Assembly: GCA_965218615.1 (NCBI GenBank)
Contig: CBDCLH010000001.1
Span: 473,447-537,446, forward strand
DNA length: 64,000 nucleotides
Source of the DNA: Bryobacterales bacterium
Lineage (GTDB): Bacteria; Acidobacteriota; Terriglobia; Bryobacterales; UBA6623
Direction: 5' to 3'
This document shows, piece after piece, positions 36,344 to 46,503 of the stretch. The notes under the pieces are model-generated. The model saw only the letters and a program-made list of their open reading frames with translations. It was not told the origin of the DNA and ran no database searches. A program made the position numbers and the translations under genes. The first letter of the stretch is position 1. Every line of letters starts with the position of its first letter.

Positions 36344-37497
36344 CTATCCTTCGATGTATCGCATGATGCCGTCCAGATCGCAGATGACTTGGGAACCGCT
36401 TTCGATCCACTCACGGTGCTGAGTGATCAGGAACCGTCGGTCCGTCTGGGCCAGATCTGCATTGGCGTTGAGACGCGCCATGTCTTCCGACCGAGGTCTT
36501 GCCGTAAGTTTGGCCTCCATGGCCCAGAGATCCGAGTCCACGCGGATCAACAAGTCAATCTCGAGCTGATCGCTCGTGCGAAGGTAGTACGCGTCCAAGG
36601 GGCGGTCCGAACAGCACAGGGCCGCCGCCACCTGCTCGATCACGTACCCTTCCCAGCTGGCCCCAACCCATGGCTGGTGCAACAGCGCTTCGCTGGCGCG
36701 CACATCCAGCAGCGCATGGAGCAGGCCGCTATCGCGCCGGTACACCTTCGGCCGTTTGACCAGCCGCTTGCGAATGTTGGCATGGAAAGCAGGCAGCCTG
36801 CGGATCAGAAACGCGCCTTCCAAGTAGTCCATGTAGTGATTGATCGTGTGATACGAAAGCCCCAGGCTCTTTCCGATCTGGCTGGCATTCCACTCTTGGC
36901 CATGCGATACCGCCAGCATCTGCAGCAGGCGTTGCGTGGTCCTCGCGCGAGCGGGCAGTCCCCAGTTGGGAAGATCCCGCTGACTCAGCAGATTCAGGTG
37001 GTCCGATTGCCACTGCGGGAAACCCGCTGGGTTCAGGATGCCCCCATCGGGATAGCCACCAACCAGCCAGTGCCGCTTGCGTTGTGCGCCATCGATGAGT
37101 TCGGACCTTAGCAGGGGCGTAAGTTCAAGGACGGACAGCCTACAGGAGAAACCGCGAGGGATTCGGAAACCTTCGTCATGAGAGACGGGGACACGGATCC
37201 CAACAGGAGAAACCGGCCGCACCGCTTGCGATCAAGGTCGATCGAGCCGCGCAAGCGGGGGAACAGCGAGGGCCACTCTTGGGCCTTGTCCAGAATCACG
37301 AGTTCGCTCCCGTCGGCAAGCTCCTCCCATGCGAGGTCCACCCGGAGGCGGTCGGGTTCGTGCTCCATATCGAAATAGCGGCCGCCCAATGAGAGGGCCA
37401 ACGTGGTCTTGACACTTTGGCGCGGCCCCACCACGGCAACGGCGGGATAAGCCTCCAAGCGGGAACGCAACGCGACGCCAGCCTTGCGAGCGATCAT
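36344..37497 (-). pseudogene. Second AAA+ ATPase / DUF4143 gene, frameshifted
   Basis: Walker A is VVGPRQSVKTT (sic). The N-terminal ORF (37108-37497) ends ...VSESLA and changes frame near 37140-37165. It continues as ...RLSVLELTPLL... in ORF 36344-37222, which has DUF4143-like motifs (FLIRRLPAFHANIRKRLVKRPKVYRRDSGL). Confidence 0.7.
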
Positions 37498-37646
37498 TCT
37501 TGCGTATTAGAAATCTATTTCTGTTTTAGAACCCCCAACACCCCTAGCCCACGCTTCCGGCGTCGGGCACAACCGCTGGCATTCGGGGGATTGGACGCTC
37601 GGCGGCGGCAATTCGATCTGGTTGTTGAACGGCGCAGCGGAGTACG

Positions 37647-38522
37647 ATGAACCTCATGGCGGCCTTCCCCATAGCAGTGATCACCGACGAGTTTTCTCAG
37701 GACTTCGAGCAGGTCTGCCTCACCGCCGTCGGCCTCGGCATCCCCGCGCTCGAAATCCGTACGGCCTGGGGCAAGAACGTCCTGGCCATGACCGACGACG
37801 AGATCCGGCGGCTGAAGCAGACGGCCGGCCGGCATGGGCGAGGGATTGTTTGCGTCGCGTCCCCGGTCTACAAGTGCGTGCTTCCGGACGGAGGCGCGGT
37901 CGACGAGAGGTTCCAGCACGACGCGTTCCAGGCCGCCTACTCGTTCGATGAGCAGCCCCGTGTCCTCGGCCGGGCACTCGAGATCGCCGCGCGCCTGGAG
38001 GCTCGCTTCGTGCGTGTATTCAGTTTCTGGCGCACCGTCGAACCACACAGGAACTTCGACCGCATCGTGGAGGTGCTGCAGCAAGGCAGCTCGGTCGCGC
38101 GCAAGACCGGCATTCAATTGGGCCTCGAGAACGAACATGCCTGCCACTTCGGAACCGGTGCGGAAACCGGCCGCGCGATCCGCGAACTCGATCCGGAAGC
38201 GGTCGGAGTCGTCTGGGACCCGGGCAATGCGTGCGTTGCGGGAGAACGCGCCTTTCCCGACGGCTACAGCCACCTGCCAGCGGACCGCATTTGCCACGTC
38301 CACGCGAAGGACTGCGTGATCGCCCCGGACAGCGGCCAGCCCATGTGGGGCGATATCGGCAGCGGACAGGTCGGTTGGCGGGACCAATTGGCCGCGCTCG
38401 TGGCCGACGGGTATGCCGGCTCGGTCAGCCTGGAAACGCACTGGGGCGGACCCGGGGGAGACAAGTACGCCGGCAGCACGATCTGCGCGAAAAGCCTCCA
38501 GCGGCTGGTCCACGAGGCGTAG
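37647..38522 (+). CDS. Sugar phosphate isomerase/epimerase (xylose-isomerase-like TIM barrel)
   Basis: Motifs: LGLENEHACHFGTGAE, VWDPGNA, ICHVHAKDC, SLETHW. Confidence 0.75.
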   Translation: MNLMAAFPIAVITDEFSQDFEQVCLTAVGLGIPALEIRTAWGKNVLAMTDDEIRRLKQTAGRHGRGIVCVASPVYKCVLPDGGAVDERFQHDAFQAAYSFDEQPRVLGRALEIAARLEARFVRVFSFWRTVEPHRNFDRIVEVLQQGSSVARKTGIQLGLENEHACHFGTGAETGRAIRELDPEAVGVVWDPGNACVAGERAFPDGYSHLPADRICHVHAKDCVIAPDSGQPMWGDIGSGQVGWRDQLAALVADGYAGSVSLETHWGGPGGDKYAGSTICAKSLQRLVHEA

Positions 38523-38533
38523 CGCGGCTCGGG

Positions 38534-40615
38534 TTACTCGTCGTCGTCCTTGCCCGTGCGCTCTCGCCTGGCCGCCTCGACAATCTTCTCGGCAATCTGA
38601 CCGGGCACGAAATCGTAGAACCCGTGCGCCATCGAGAATGAGCCGCGGCCCTGCGTCATGGACGTCAAGTCGTTCGCGTAGGTAAGCATTTCCGCCATCG
38701 GGACGTCGGCGTGGATCAATTGCGTCGCGCCCTTGGAATCCATCCCCTGGATCCGGCCTCGGCGGCTGTTGAGATCTCCCATCAGGTCGCCTGCGAATTC
38801 CGTGGGGGCCGCGATCTCGACCTTCATGATCGGCTCCAACAGCGTCGGCCTAGCCTCGGCCATCGCCAGCTTGAAAGCCTTGCTGCCGGCCAGTTTGAAC
38901 GCCAGTTCGGACGAATCGACGTCATGATACGAGCCGTCGTAGAGAGTCACCTTGAAATCGACGACTGGGTACCCGGCCAGATAGCCCTTTCCTGCGGCCT
39001 CCACGACGCCTTTCTCGACAGCGGGAATATACGTCTTGGGGATCGACCCGCCGAAGATCTCGTCGACGAACTCGAACTGCTCTCCCCGCTCAAGCGGCGC
39101 GACGCGGATTTTGCAGTCGCCGAACTGTCCGTGCCCTCCGGTCTGCTTCTTGTGGCGTCCGTGGACATCCGCACTGGCACGGATGGTCTCCCGGTATGGA
39201 ATCTTGGGAGACCGCAACTCCACGTTCACGTTGTAGCGTTTCCGCAGCTTGCTGCAGACGATGTCGAGGTGCTGCTGGCCGTTGCCGGCGAGCAGGAACT
39301 CCTGCGTCCGCGAATCGCGGTAGAAGTTCAGGGAGGGATCCTCCTCAAGAACCTTCGCGATGGTGCTGCTGAGGCGATCTTCGTCCTGTCGACTCTTGGG
39401 CTGGATCGCATAGGAGATCGAAGGCGGGGGCAGAGCGGCCTTGGGGAACAGAATCTCGTACTCCCTGATTCCCAGGCTGTCGCCGGTCAACGTGTCCTTG
39501 AGCTTGGCCACCACGCCGATGTCGCCCGCGTGGAGCGCCAGCACCTGGTTGAGGGTCTTGCCTTGCGCCACGCTGATGCGTGCGAACTTCTCGCTGCTGG
39601 ACTTGGTGTGGTTGTAGACCTGGTCGTCATTCTTGAGCACGCCGGAGGCAACCCGGAAGTAGGTCACGCGGCCCGAGAACGCATCGGACGCAGTCTTCCA
39701 CACGAACAAGGCGAGCGGGCCGTCATCGGCGATCACCTGCGTCCCGGACTCGGTGGGGAACTCGCCCCGCTCCACGGCGGACGGTAGACCTTCAACGAGG
39801 AAGTCGAGCAAGCGGTCGATGCCCATGTTGTGCAGCGCGGATCCGCACAGCAATGGAATGATTTCGCCGGCCCCGATGGCGTTCCTGAGCCCGGTGAGGA
39901 GCTTGGCGCCCTCTAGCACGCCCTCCTCGAAGTACTCGTCCATCAACGCTTCGTCCGTTTCGGCCACCGACTCCATGAGGCTTGTGCGGGCCTCTTCCAC
40001 TTGGTCGGCCATCTCGTCCGGGACGGCGATTTCCCGGCCCTTGCCGACGCCGTCCATGTCGTACTCGTAGGCTTTTCCAGAGAGCAGATCGACGACACCC
40101 CGGAAGGCCTTCTCCCGGCCGATCGGCAGCTGGAGCGCAACCGCCGTCACGCCGAAGACCTCTTTGGCTTGGTCCCGGACCGCGTCAAGGGAAGCGCGCT
40201 CGCGATGCATCTTATTGACAAAAAGGACCTTGGGGAGACCGTAGCCGTCGGCGAACTGCCAGCACTTCTCGGTCTGGACTTCGATGCCGTTGACGGCATC
40301 CACCACGACCAGGGCGGTATCGGCGGCGATCAACGCGGCCTGGGCGTCATTGATGAAGATGTTGTAGCCGGGAGTGTCGATCAAGTTGACCTTGGCGTCG
40401 CGCCATTCCGCGATGGCGAGGGCAGTCGCGATCGAAATCTTGCGGCTGATTTCCTCGTCGTCGTAGTCGGTGACCGTATTGCCCTCGTTAACACTTGTCA
40501 GGCGGTTGGTCGCGCCGGCCGTGTAGAGCATCGCCGCCACCAAAGTCGTCTTGCCGCAATCGCCGTGGCCGACGATGCCGACGTTTCTCACGTCCTTACC
40601 CGCGTATACCTTCAT
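38534..40615 (-). CDS. Elongation factor G paralogue (EF-G2-like)
   Basis: 693 aa with full EF-G architecture. The G1 motif is GHGDCGKTT instead of the canonical AHIDAGKTT. DTPGY and NKMH motifs are present. It is not next to rpsL/rpsG/tuf. Confidence 0.85.
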   Translation of the reverse strand: MKVYAGKDVRNVGIVGHGDCGKTTLVAAMLYTAGATNRLTSVNEGNTVTDYDDEEISRKISIATALAIAEWRDAKVNLIDTPGYNIFINDAQAALIAADTALVVVDAVNGIEVQTEKCWQFADGYGLPKVLFVNKMHRERASLDAVRDQAKEVFGVTAVALQLPIGREKAFRGVVDLLSGKAYEYDMDGVGKGREIAVPDEMADQVEEARTSLMESVAETDEALMDEYFEEGVLEGAKLLTGLRNAIGAGEIIPLLCGSALHNMGIDRLLDFLVEGLPSAVERGEFPTESGTQVIADDGPLALFVWKTASDAFSGRVTYFRVASGVLKNDDQVYNHTKSSSEKFARISVAQGKTLNQVLALHAGDIGVVAKLKDTLTGDSLGIREYEILFPKAALPPPSISYAIQPKSRQDEDRLSSTIAKVLEEDPSLNFYRDSRTQEFLLAGNGQQHLDIVCSKLRKRYNVNVELRSPKIPYRETIRASADVHGRHKKQTGGHGQFGDCKIRVAPLERGEQFEFVDEIFGGSIPKTYIPAVEKGVVEAAGKGYLAGYPVVDFKVTLYDGSYHDVDSSELAFKLAGSKAFKLAMAEARPTLLEPIMKVEIAAPTEFAGDLMGDLNSRRGRIQGMDSKGATQLIHADVPMAEMLTYANDLTSMTQGRGSFSMAHGFYDFVPGQIAEKIVEAARRERTGKDDDE

Positions 40616-40757
40616 CGCTTCTCATTTCACCCTGCATCCGTTGGATCGACCAGTCGGAACCCCTGCAGCGGATTCCCGCAGGCGGGCTCATGGGCCCCAC
40701 CTCGGCAGCACCAGCCGTGAACCGGCGCTGGCAGTCCAGTATAGGACGGTTCAGCGG

Positions 40758-42240
40758 CTAGGGTCCGCGCTGTTCGAGCCAAGTCGAGTAGGCATGCCGG
40801 CGCTGGCCCGTGTACCTGTACGTGTCGAAGACCCAAGCCCGTCCCAGGGCCCGCGGATCATCGTCTTGCCTCAGCCGCATGTCCAGTTCCACGCGCAAGC
40901 TTTTCTTGGTCTCGGCGTGGCTCGGGTCGGCGGCTAGGTTGCGCACACAGTCCGGGTCGCGGTCCACGCGATACAACTCCTCGGCGGGCCGCTTCCCGAA
41001 CGACAATCGGTCGTACTCGTCAAACGATCGCAGGATCGAGCTCTTAGTGGGGCTGGGGTCGCAGTTGCGATAGCCGGTTTCGGGGTTGCCGGCAGGCCAT
41101 CGGTCCGGCTCGAAATTTCGCAAGTACAGGTACTCGGGTGTGCGGATCGCGCGGACGGGATAGCCCCAATCGTTGGGGCGCCCCAGATCGTGACGCTCTT
41201 TGCCGATCAGCATCCGGTTCCGATTCCGATCAACCCAGCCACTCCGATCCGATTCCAGGATGTCCACAAAGCTGCGACCCGTCATCGAGTCCGGCGCTTC
41301 GACGCCTGCAAGCTGCAGCATGGTGGGCGCAAAGTCACGCACGTTGATAAAGTCCTCGACCGTCCGTCCTTGCCGCTTGCCGCCCCAACGGACCGCCAGA
41401 GGTAGGTGGAAACCGTGCTCGTAGATCTGCCCCTTGACGCGCGGAAACGGCATACTGTGGTCGGAAGTCGCAAGAATCAGGGTGTTGCCGAGTTCTCCCG
41501 CCTCCTCGAGCGTGCGCACGATGCGGCCCAGATGCACGTCGAACCACTCGGATTCGACCGCGTAGTCCGCCAGATCCCGCCGGATCGTCTCGTTGTCGGG
41601 ATAGAACTTGGGGACTTCGACATCCTGGTGGCGCTTGCCTCTCAGGCTTCCGGCCCCGTCCTGGAAGGCACGGTCGGGCTCGTGCGTCCCAAACCCGGAA
41701 ACAGAAAGGCTGTCCCGGTTCCCGGCCCTCAAGGAAGTCCTCGAAGTTGCGCGCGTAGTCCTTGTTGGACATGTGGCGCAACTTCGGTTCGAGCTTGTGC
41801 TTGACGTACTCGGGGCCAGCCGGATTCCTCGAGAAACCGCCTGCCTTGTGGTCGCCGCGACCCCAGCCCTTGCCCGTGTAGCCGACGTGGTAGCCGGCCT
41901 TCTCGAGCAGGTCCGGAAAGACGGGCCACTTGGCGGGAAACACCCCAAAGTGATTGACGGCCTCCTCGAGCTGCCAGGTATTGCGTCCGGTCAGGATGCT
42001 GGCCCGGCACGGCGAGCACTTGGGGTTGGAGGTGAAGCAGTTGGCGAAGAGAACGCCCTCGTTGGCGATGCGATCGAAGGCCGGCGTGCGGACCCAGTTG
42101 CAGCCATACGCGCCGGCATGGGGCCAGCCCCAGTCGTCGGCGATCGCGAACAGGATGTTAGGACGCTGCCCCTGGCCTACGACGGGCCACGCGCCCGCGC
42201 CCGCCAGCGCCGTGGACATCATCATTCGCCTGCGAGTCAT
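40758..42240 (-). pseudogene. Sulfatase with one frameshift
   Basis: The N-terminal frame (MTRRRMMMST..., NILFAIADDWGW, sulfatase signature CSPCRASILTGR) runs to ...GQPFCF. The frame then shifts at the C3 run 41693-41695 (expected ...FCFRFGTHEPDRAF...) into ORF 40758-41948 (LILATSDHSMPFPRVKG...). Confidence 0.75.
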
Positions 42241-42535
42241 GCCCCTGCAGAATAGCCGCCCGGCAGGCAGCTTGAAGGCGCGGATGGCCTCGTCTGGCGA
42301 TCGGCCGCGGCGGAAGAAGCGAGCGCATTGTTGGCTATCCGTTCGCATCGCGTTGCGCAAGCCTTGGCGGCCGTGAAGCACCGCTCTCTCCAAAATGCCT
42401 GCGGACGCGAGGCCTGCGCCGTGTCACCCGAGATCCAGGAATTCGAGAAGCCCGTGGTAGACTGACCGATTCCATCCCACCCGGCGCCCACCACGTCGGA
42501 ACCGACTCGGTCGCGGCGCAAACCAAGAGGAACCA

Positions 42536-43216
42536 GTGAGCGAGGAGCCCCGGGCCCAGAACGGTGGTCCCCAATCTCCGGCTGTCGATGTCTCGGCCGA
42601 CGAGAATGCCACGTTAACTGAGCAGGAAAGGGAGAGAATCCGCAGGGAGGAGTTGCGCTCCTTCCAGGAGCGGCGCTACCACGAGGAGGTCCGCCGGGAA
42701 CTTCGCGGAGCGGCGCTCTGGGACCGGATGCTCCGGGTCCTGAAGCTCGAATCCGGTGTGTTCGCCGAAATCGCGTCGGACGCGCAGGCCACGCGGCAGG
42801 CTGTCATCGTGATTGCCCTCGCTTACGGACTGTGCTTTCTCAAGACAGGCCCTCTCTTGCTCCTCTCCGTTCCTGTGGCCGTCGTGGCCATCGCCATCAG
42901 CACAGGCATTGTCTGCTTCGTTGCCCGGCTCTTCGCGGCGGAACCGCCGCGATACGCGCCGCTGTTTCGAGCGCTCGGCTTCGCTTCCATTCCGGCCGCC
43001 ATGGGCCTCATTCCGTTGCTTGGGGACTTTGTCGCCGTCGTCTACATGATTGTTCTGGACGTCGTCGCGATTCGGGAAGCCTGCCGGATTTCGGCGGGGC
43101 AAGCGGTGCTCGTGTTCGTGCTCTCGGTCGTGCTGCCCTGGATCATCCTCGTGTTCGTCCTGATCACGCTAGGCGTCTCCGCGCTCGGTTTATTTGGTTT
43201 GGGACTGTTTGGTTAG
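42536..43216 (+). CDS. Yip1-domain-like integral membrane protein
   Basis: A charged N-terminus is followed by 4-5 TM helices (AVIVIALAYGLCF, VAVVAIAISTGIVCF, FASIPAAMGLIPLLG, VLVFVLSVVLPWIILVFVLI). GTG start after AAGAGGA. Confidence 0.5.
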   Translation: MSEEPRAQNGGPQSPAVDVSADENATLTEQERERIRREELRSFQERRYHEEVRRELRGAALWDRMLRVLKLESGVFAEIASDAQATRQAVIVIALAYGLCFLKTGPLLLLSVPVAVVAIAISTGIVCFVARLFAAEPPRYAPLFRALGFASIPAAMGLIPLLGDFVAVVYMIVLDVVAIREACRISAGQAVLVFVLSVVLPWIILVFVLITLGVSALGLFGLGLFG

Positions 43217-43478
43217 CAGGCAGCAAGGCACACAAGCAGCGCCCGCGCGACTTGGGACCGTCGATTACGGCGCGCCGGCCCACCAGCTATGAGTTCTGAA
43301 CGCCCCAAGCTTCCTGGCCGCCACGAGTTAGCCGGGTCAGCCCGGCCCGCGTTGAATCGAGGCGGACGCATCTATGCGGTCTTTCCGGCGGCGCGCCGGC
43401 CCACGGCGAGGCGCAACGGTGGAGCACTCTCTTGGAGCTATGCAACGCGCATCAGAGTGCGCGCAAGACGGGCTTCCG

Positions 43479-43955
43479 TTAGTCGGGCCGCTCGATACGG
43501 CCGAACAGGTTGCCGCCGTGCTTGCCGCCCCACCACATCCCGGCATAGGAATCCCGGTAGAAGACGACCCGCGCCGTGTATGTCCCCATCCCCGGAAGTC
43601 CAAGATCGGTCACGCTCACCATGGGCGTGTCGCCAGCCCAGACGAGCTTGACGGGCACGGGCAGAGTCACGTCGCGATCGCCGAATTGCATCCGAGCATG
43701 AAACGTCCAGATGTCTCCAGCGCGCTTGACCGCCTTTTCAATTTCGTAGCGCTCGCGACGCAATGGCAAGGCTTCGCCGCTGCCCGGAGCGCCCCCCGGC
43801 TGGTCTCCCTGCGCCGAGATCGTGAAGTACCCGTCAAGGACCGCTCCCCGCATCGATTCTTCGAAGGCTTGCTCCCGGGTTTGCTGATCCGCTGGAACGT
43901 CTGCATCCGGCGAGCACGCCAGGAAGAGAAATATCGCCGGAATTGCGAACCGCAT
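43479..43955 (-). CDS. Hypothetical lipoprotein
   Basis: MRFAIPAIFLFLACS lipobox. 158 aa; no family recognised. Confidence 0.5.
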   Translation of the reverse strand: MRFAIPAIFLFLACSPDADVPADQQTREQAFEESMRGAVLDGYFTISAQGDQPGGAPGSGEALPLRRERYEIEKAVKRAGDIWTFHARMQFGDRDVTLPVPVKLVWAGDTPMVSVTDLGLPGMGTYTARVVFYRDSYAGMWWGGKHGGNLFGRIERPD

Positions 43956-44092
43956 GGACAATACTGTAACGGAACAGGACCCGGGTGCGAGGGAGGGAAG
44001 GCGAATCCCTGGACTGCCAGGCGCGGCGGGTCCAAGCGATCCCGGATCCAAGAGGAGCAGATTCTATCCCAATATGGGACTGTACTGGAGGC

Positions 44093-44401
44093 CTGACAAC
44101 GAGGATTATCGCATCGGCGACTTGGCGGGCCTTTCTCGATACCAGCCCCACATACTCCGACGCGCACGAGCCAGTGATGGCCTGGTATCGCCAAGTGAAG
44201 CCCGCAGATTGGGCGAGCCCCGCTGACCTTAGTCGCGACATCGGGAGCGCCAGCATCCTGAAGGACGGCCGCGCTGTGTTCAACATCGCCGGCAACAAGT
44301 ACCGCATCGTGACGTGGATCCACTATCCCTACCGAGTCGTCTACATCCGCTTCATCGGTACCCACCGGATGTACGACACGATCGATGCACCAACGATTTG
44401 A
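44093..44401 (+). CDS. higB: HigB-family mRNA-interferase toxin (start codon unclear)
   Basis: ...RIIASATWRAFLDTSP...WYRQVKPADWASPADL...ASILKDGRAVFNIAGNKYRIV...YIRFIGTHRMYDTIDA matches the HigB_toxin pattern end to end. The position of the canonical Met is ACG (44099). Candidate starts are CTG at 44093 or ATG at 43985. Confidence 0.7.
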   Translation: MTTRIIASATWRAFLDTSPTYSDAHEPVMAWYRQVKPADWASPADLSRDIGSASILKDGRAVFNIAGNKYRIVTWIHYPYRVVYIRFIGTHRMYDTIDAPTI

Positions 44402-44411
44402 GGTTCGGATC

Positions 44412-44789
44412 ATGGAGATTGCACCGATCAAGACCCACGAAGACTACCGCCAAACGCTGATGAAGATCGAGGGTCTGATGACGGCGAAGCGTGGCACGCC
44501 AGAGGGAAACCGCCTGGATGTCTTGGTCACGCTGGTCGAGGCTTGGGAGACCCGGCAGTACCCGCTCGATCCACCCGACCCGGTCGCAGCGATCCGCTAT
44601 CACATGGAGCAGAACGGGCTGGCGGCGAGAGATCTGACCCCCTACATCGGCAGTCGCAACCGGGTCTATGAGGTATTGAACCGCAAGCGCTCCCTGAGCT
44701 TGAAGATGATCTGGCGGCTGCATAAGGGCTTGGGCATCCCAGCGGAATCATTGATCAAGACCGACGAGGCGGTAGTCCAAAGGGCCTAA
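44412..44789 (+). CDS. higA: HigA-family HTH antitoxin
   Basis: MEIAPIKTHEDYRQTL...LDVLVTLVEAWE... plus an XRE-type HTH (RNRVYEVLNRKRSLSLKMIWRLHKGLGIPAESL). Starts 10 nt after the higB stop. Confidence 0.8.
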   Translation: MEIAPIKTHEDYRQTLMKIEGLMTAKRGTPEGNRLDVLVTLVEAWETRQYPLDPPDPVAAIRYHMEQNGLAARDLTPYIGSRNRVYEVLNRKRSLSLKMIWRLHKGLGIPAESLIKTDEAVVQRA

Positions 44790-45240
44790 CCGCTTCGAGC
44801 AGTCTTTCTACGCGCTTAATGGGCGCGACTACATCTAGCTGGTATAGCTCTCGGCAGGCGCCATCCACCCGATCGGCGGGCGATTCAGCGGTTACCGCGC
44901 CGTGGGCCGGCACACCGCATCGCCGGCCCACGAGGACGACGACGAGTGCGACACCTGCACCGATCGGATTCCCGGTGCGAACGACAACCCCAGTCGACCC
45001 AATGTCATGGCGGCAGCAACAACTACGGCGGCATCCGGGGCGCCGGTTGCCCGCGCAACCAGCAGTTCGGCTTGAAGTACACCTTCTCGGAGGGCTGCGG
45101 GCAGCTTCTCCGAGGAGCGTATTCGGACTGTAAATCGTGCAGTGCCCCGGATTTCGCGCGTCAAGCGATCAGGTCAGCGAGAATAATCTGAATGGCTCTC
45201 GGAGGGTGAAGCGCCAGGCCGGAGCCAGTGGCGCCCGAAC

Positions 45241-45684
45241 ATGCGGAAGGATGATCCTGGACCCCATCGGGGTGCATTGACAACCCGGCAGCGCTACTGG
45301 TTGTTCCAACTCCCCGGTCTCGCCATCGTTATCGCTCTGCTCGCCACGGGAGTACATTGGTTCTCCCTACCGCTTTGGGCGTGCGTAGTCGCCGTTGGAC
45401 TTTGGGTCGCGAAAGACGGCCTGCTGTACCCATTCGTAAAGACAGCTTATGAAGGCAGCAAGCCGAGCGGCCCCGAAGCCATGGTCGGCTCTTTGGGCAC
45501 GGCTCGGGAGAAACTAGCGCCCCACGGCATCGTGAAGATCGGCGCGGAACTCTGGCGGGCGGAGAGTTCAGCGCCTGTCGAGGCAGGCCAGGCCGTGCGA
45601 GTCACCGGAACGGAAGGCATGACGATGCTTGTCGAATCCGTCCCCACGGACGCTGCGGGACTTCCCTTGAAGTCCCGAGAATAG
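45241..45684 (+). CDS. NfeD-family membrane protein
   Basis: Two TM helices, then an OB-fold tail (GSLGTAREKLAPHGIVKIGAELWRAESSAPVEAGQAVRVTGTEGMTMLV). No SPFH partner gene follows. Confidence 0.7.
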   Translation: MRKDDPGPHRGALTTRQRYWLFQLPGLAIVIALLATGVHWFSLPLWACVVAVGLWVAKDGLLYPFVKTAYEGSKPSGPEAMVGSLGTAREKLAPHGIVKIGAELWRAESSAPVEAGQAVRVTGTEGMTMLVESVPTDAAGLPLKSRE

Positions 45685-45699
45685 GCTGGGACCGATATC

Positions 45700-46296
45700 G
45701 CTGCCCGCACGGCCTGACGGACTGAAATCGGATCCAATTCGCGCTGCAAGATCCTCCTGGCCGCGGGCGCGGATGGCGCAAGGCGGCGAGCCCATAGTCG
45801 GCAGCGCGTTCCCCATGCCTGAGTTCCCGATGCACCACGGCAAACAGGTAGGCGTGCAGGGCAACTTGCTCGCGGTTCCCGACTCGGCGATGAATCGAGA
45901 TGAGGTCGCCGTGCCCGCACATAGGCGGGATCGATGGCGAGAACTTGTTCGTAGGCGACGCGCCCCTTCGAGATCTCCAATCTCTTGCAGCGCGTGGCCG
46001 TCGTTGAAGTCGTTCTGCGCACTGGCGGCCTTGATGGGATCCATTGCGTCGAGCCGGGGATCCGGATGGCGCGGGCGGGGTTTGGGGTCAGACTGCTGAT
46101 GCAGACCGAGCTGCGTACCGGCCTCTTCGTGCCGGCCCTGCAGCCGATAGACGTTCACCAAGCCATAGCGGGCTTCGCGGCGGTCGGGCTCGACGGTGTG
46201 GCCGCACTGCACAGTTCGATACAGGGTCACAAGCAGCCGGAGCCCGCTACAGCCAGCTCGACGAACCCTGCCAAGCGCGACCGCCGCCGCGCGCAA
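45700..46296 (-). pseudogene. Degenerate TPR-repeat gene (at least two frame changes)
   Basis: TPR-like pieces lie in three frames: ARYGLVNVYRLQGRHEEA...ALQEIGDLEGA, then VAYEQVLAIDPAYV, then GHGDLISIHRRVGNREQVALHAYLFAVV. The switches fall within 45900-45990. The 3' limit is unclear. Confidence 0.35.
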
Positions 46297-46306
46297 CCAA
46301 GGTGGT

Positions 46307-46503
46307 CAGTCGCTTATCGCACCATCAATTTCGCCCATCGCGTACATCATCGACAGTCTCGCCTGGGTCAAGGCGTACTGGGACTTGACCAGGCCCCCCA
46401 AGCCGACGACTCCAACAGGCGCGCACGCTCCAGTTCATCGAGCGCGATGCTGTCTTCTTCGAACTGCGCGAGCAGGACATCTACGCTCTCTCGGGCGTAG
46501 TTG
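46307..46503 (-). pseudogene. TolC-like outer-membrane efflux protein, C-terminal fragment (also frameshifted)
   Basis: ...YARESVDVLLAQFEEDSIALDELERARL..., then a frame change at the C6 run 46394-46399 into ...GGLVKSQYALTQARLSMMYAMGEIDGAISD* (stop at 46307). Joins 49190-49892 in frame once the IS is removed. Confidence 0.75.
46499..46503. repeat. 5-bp target-site duplication AGTTG, left copy
   Basis: The same pentamer lies at 49190-49194, directly outside the two inverted repeats. Confidence 0.7.

Noticed and set aside
38534-40615. Whether the translational GTPase could be SelB, serving the nearby selenoprotein.
   Set aside because: It has the full five-domain EF-G length and motifs (693 aa, with EF-G domain IV/V-like C-terminus), not the EF-Tu-like core plus winged-helix tail of SelB.
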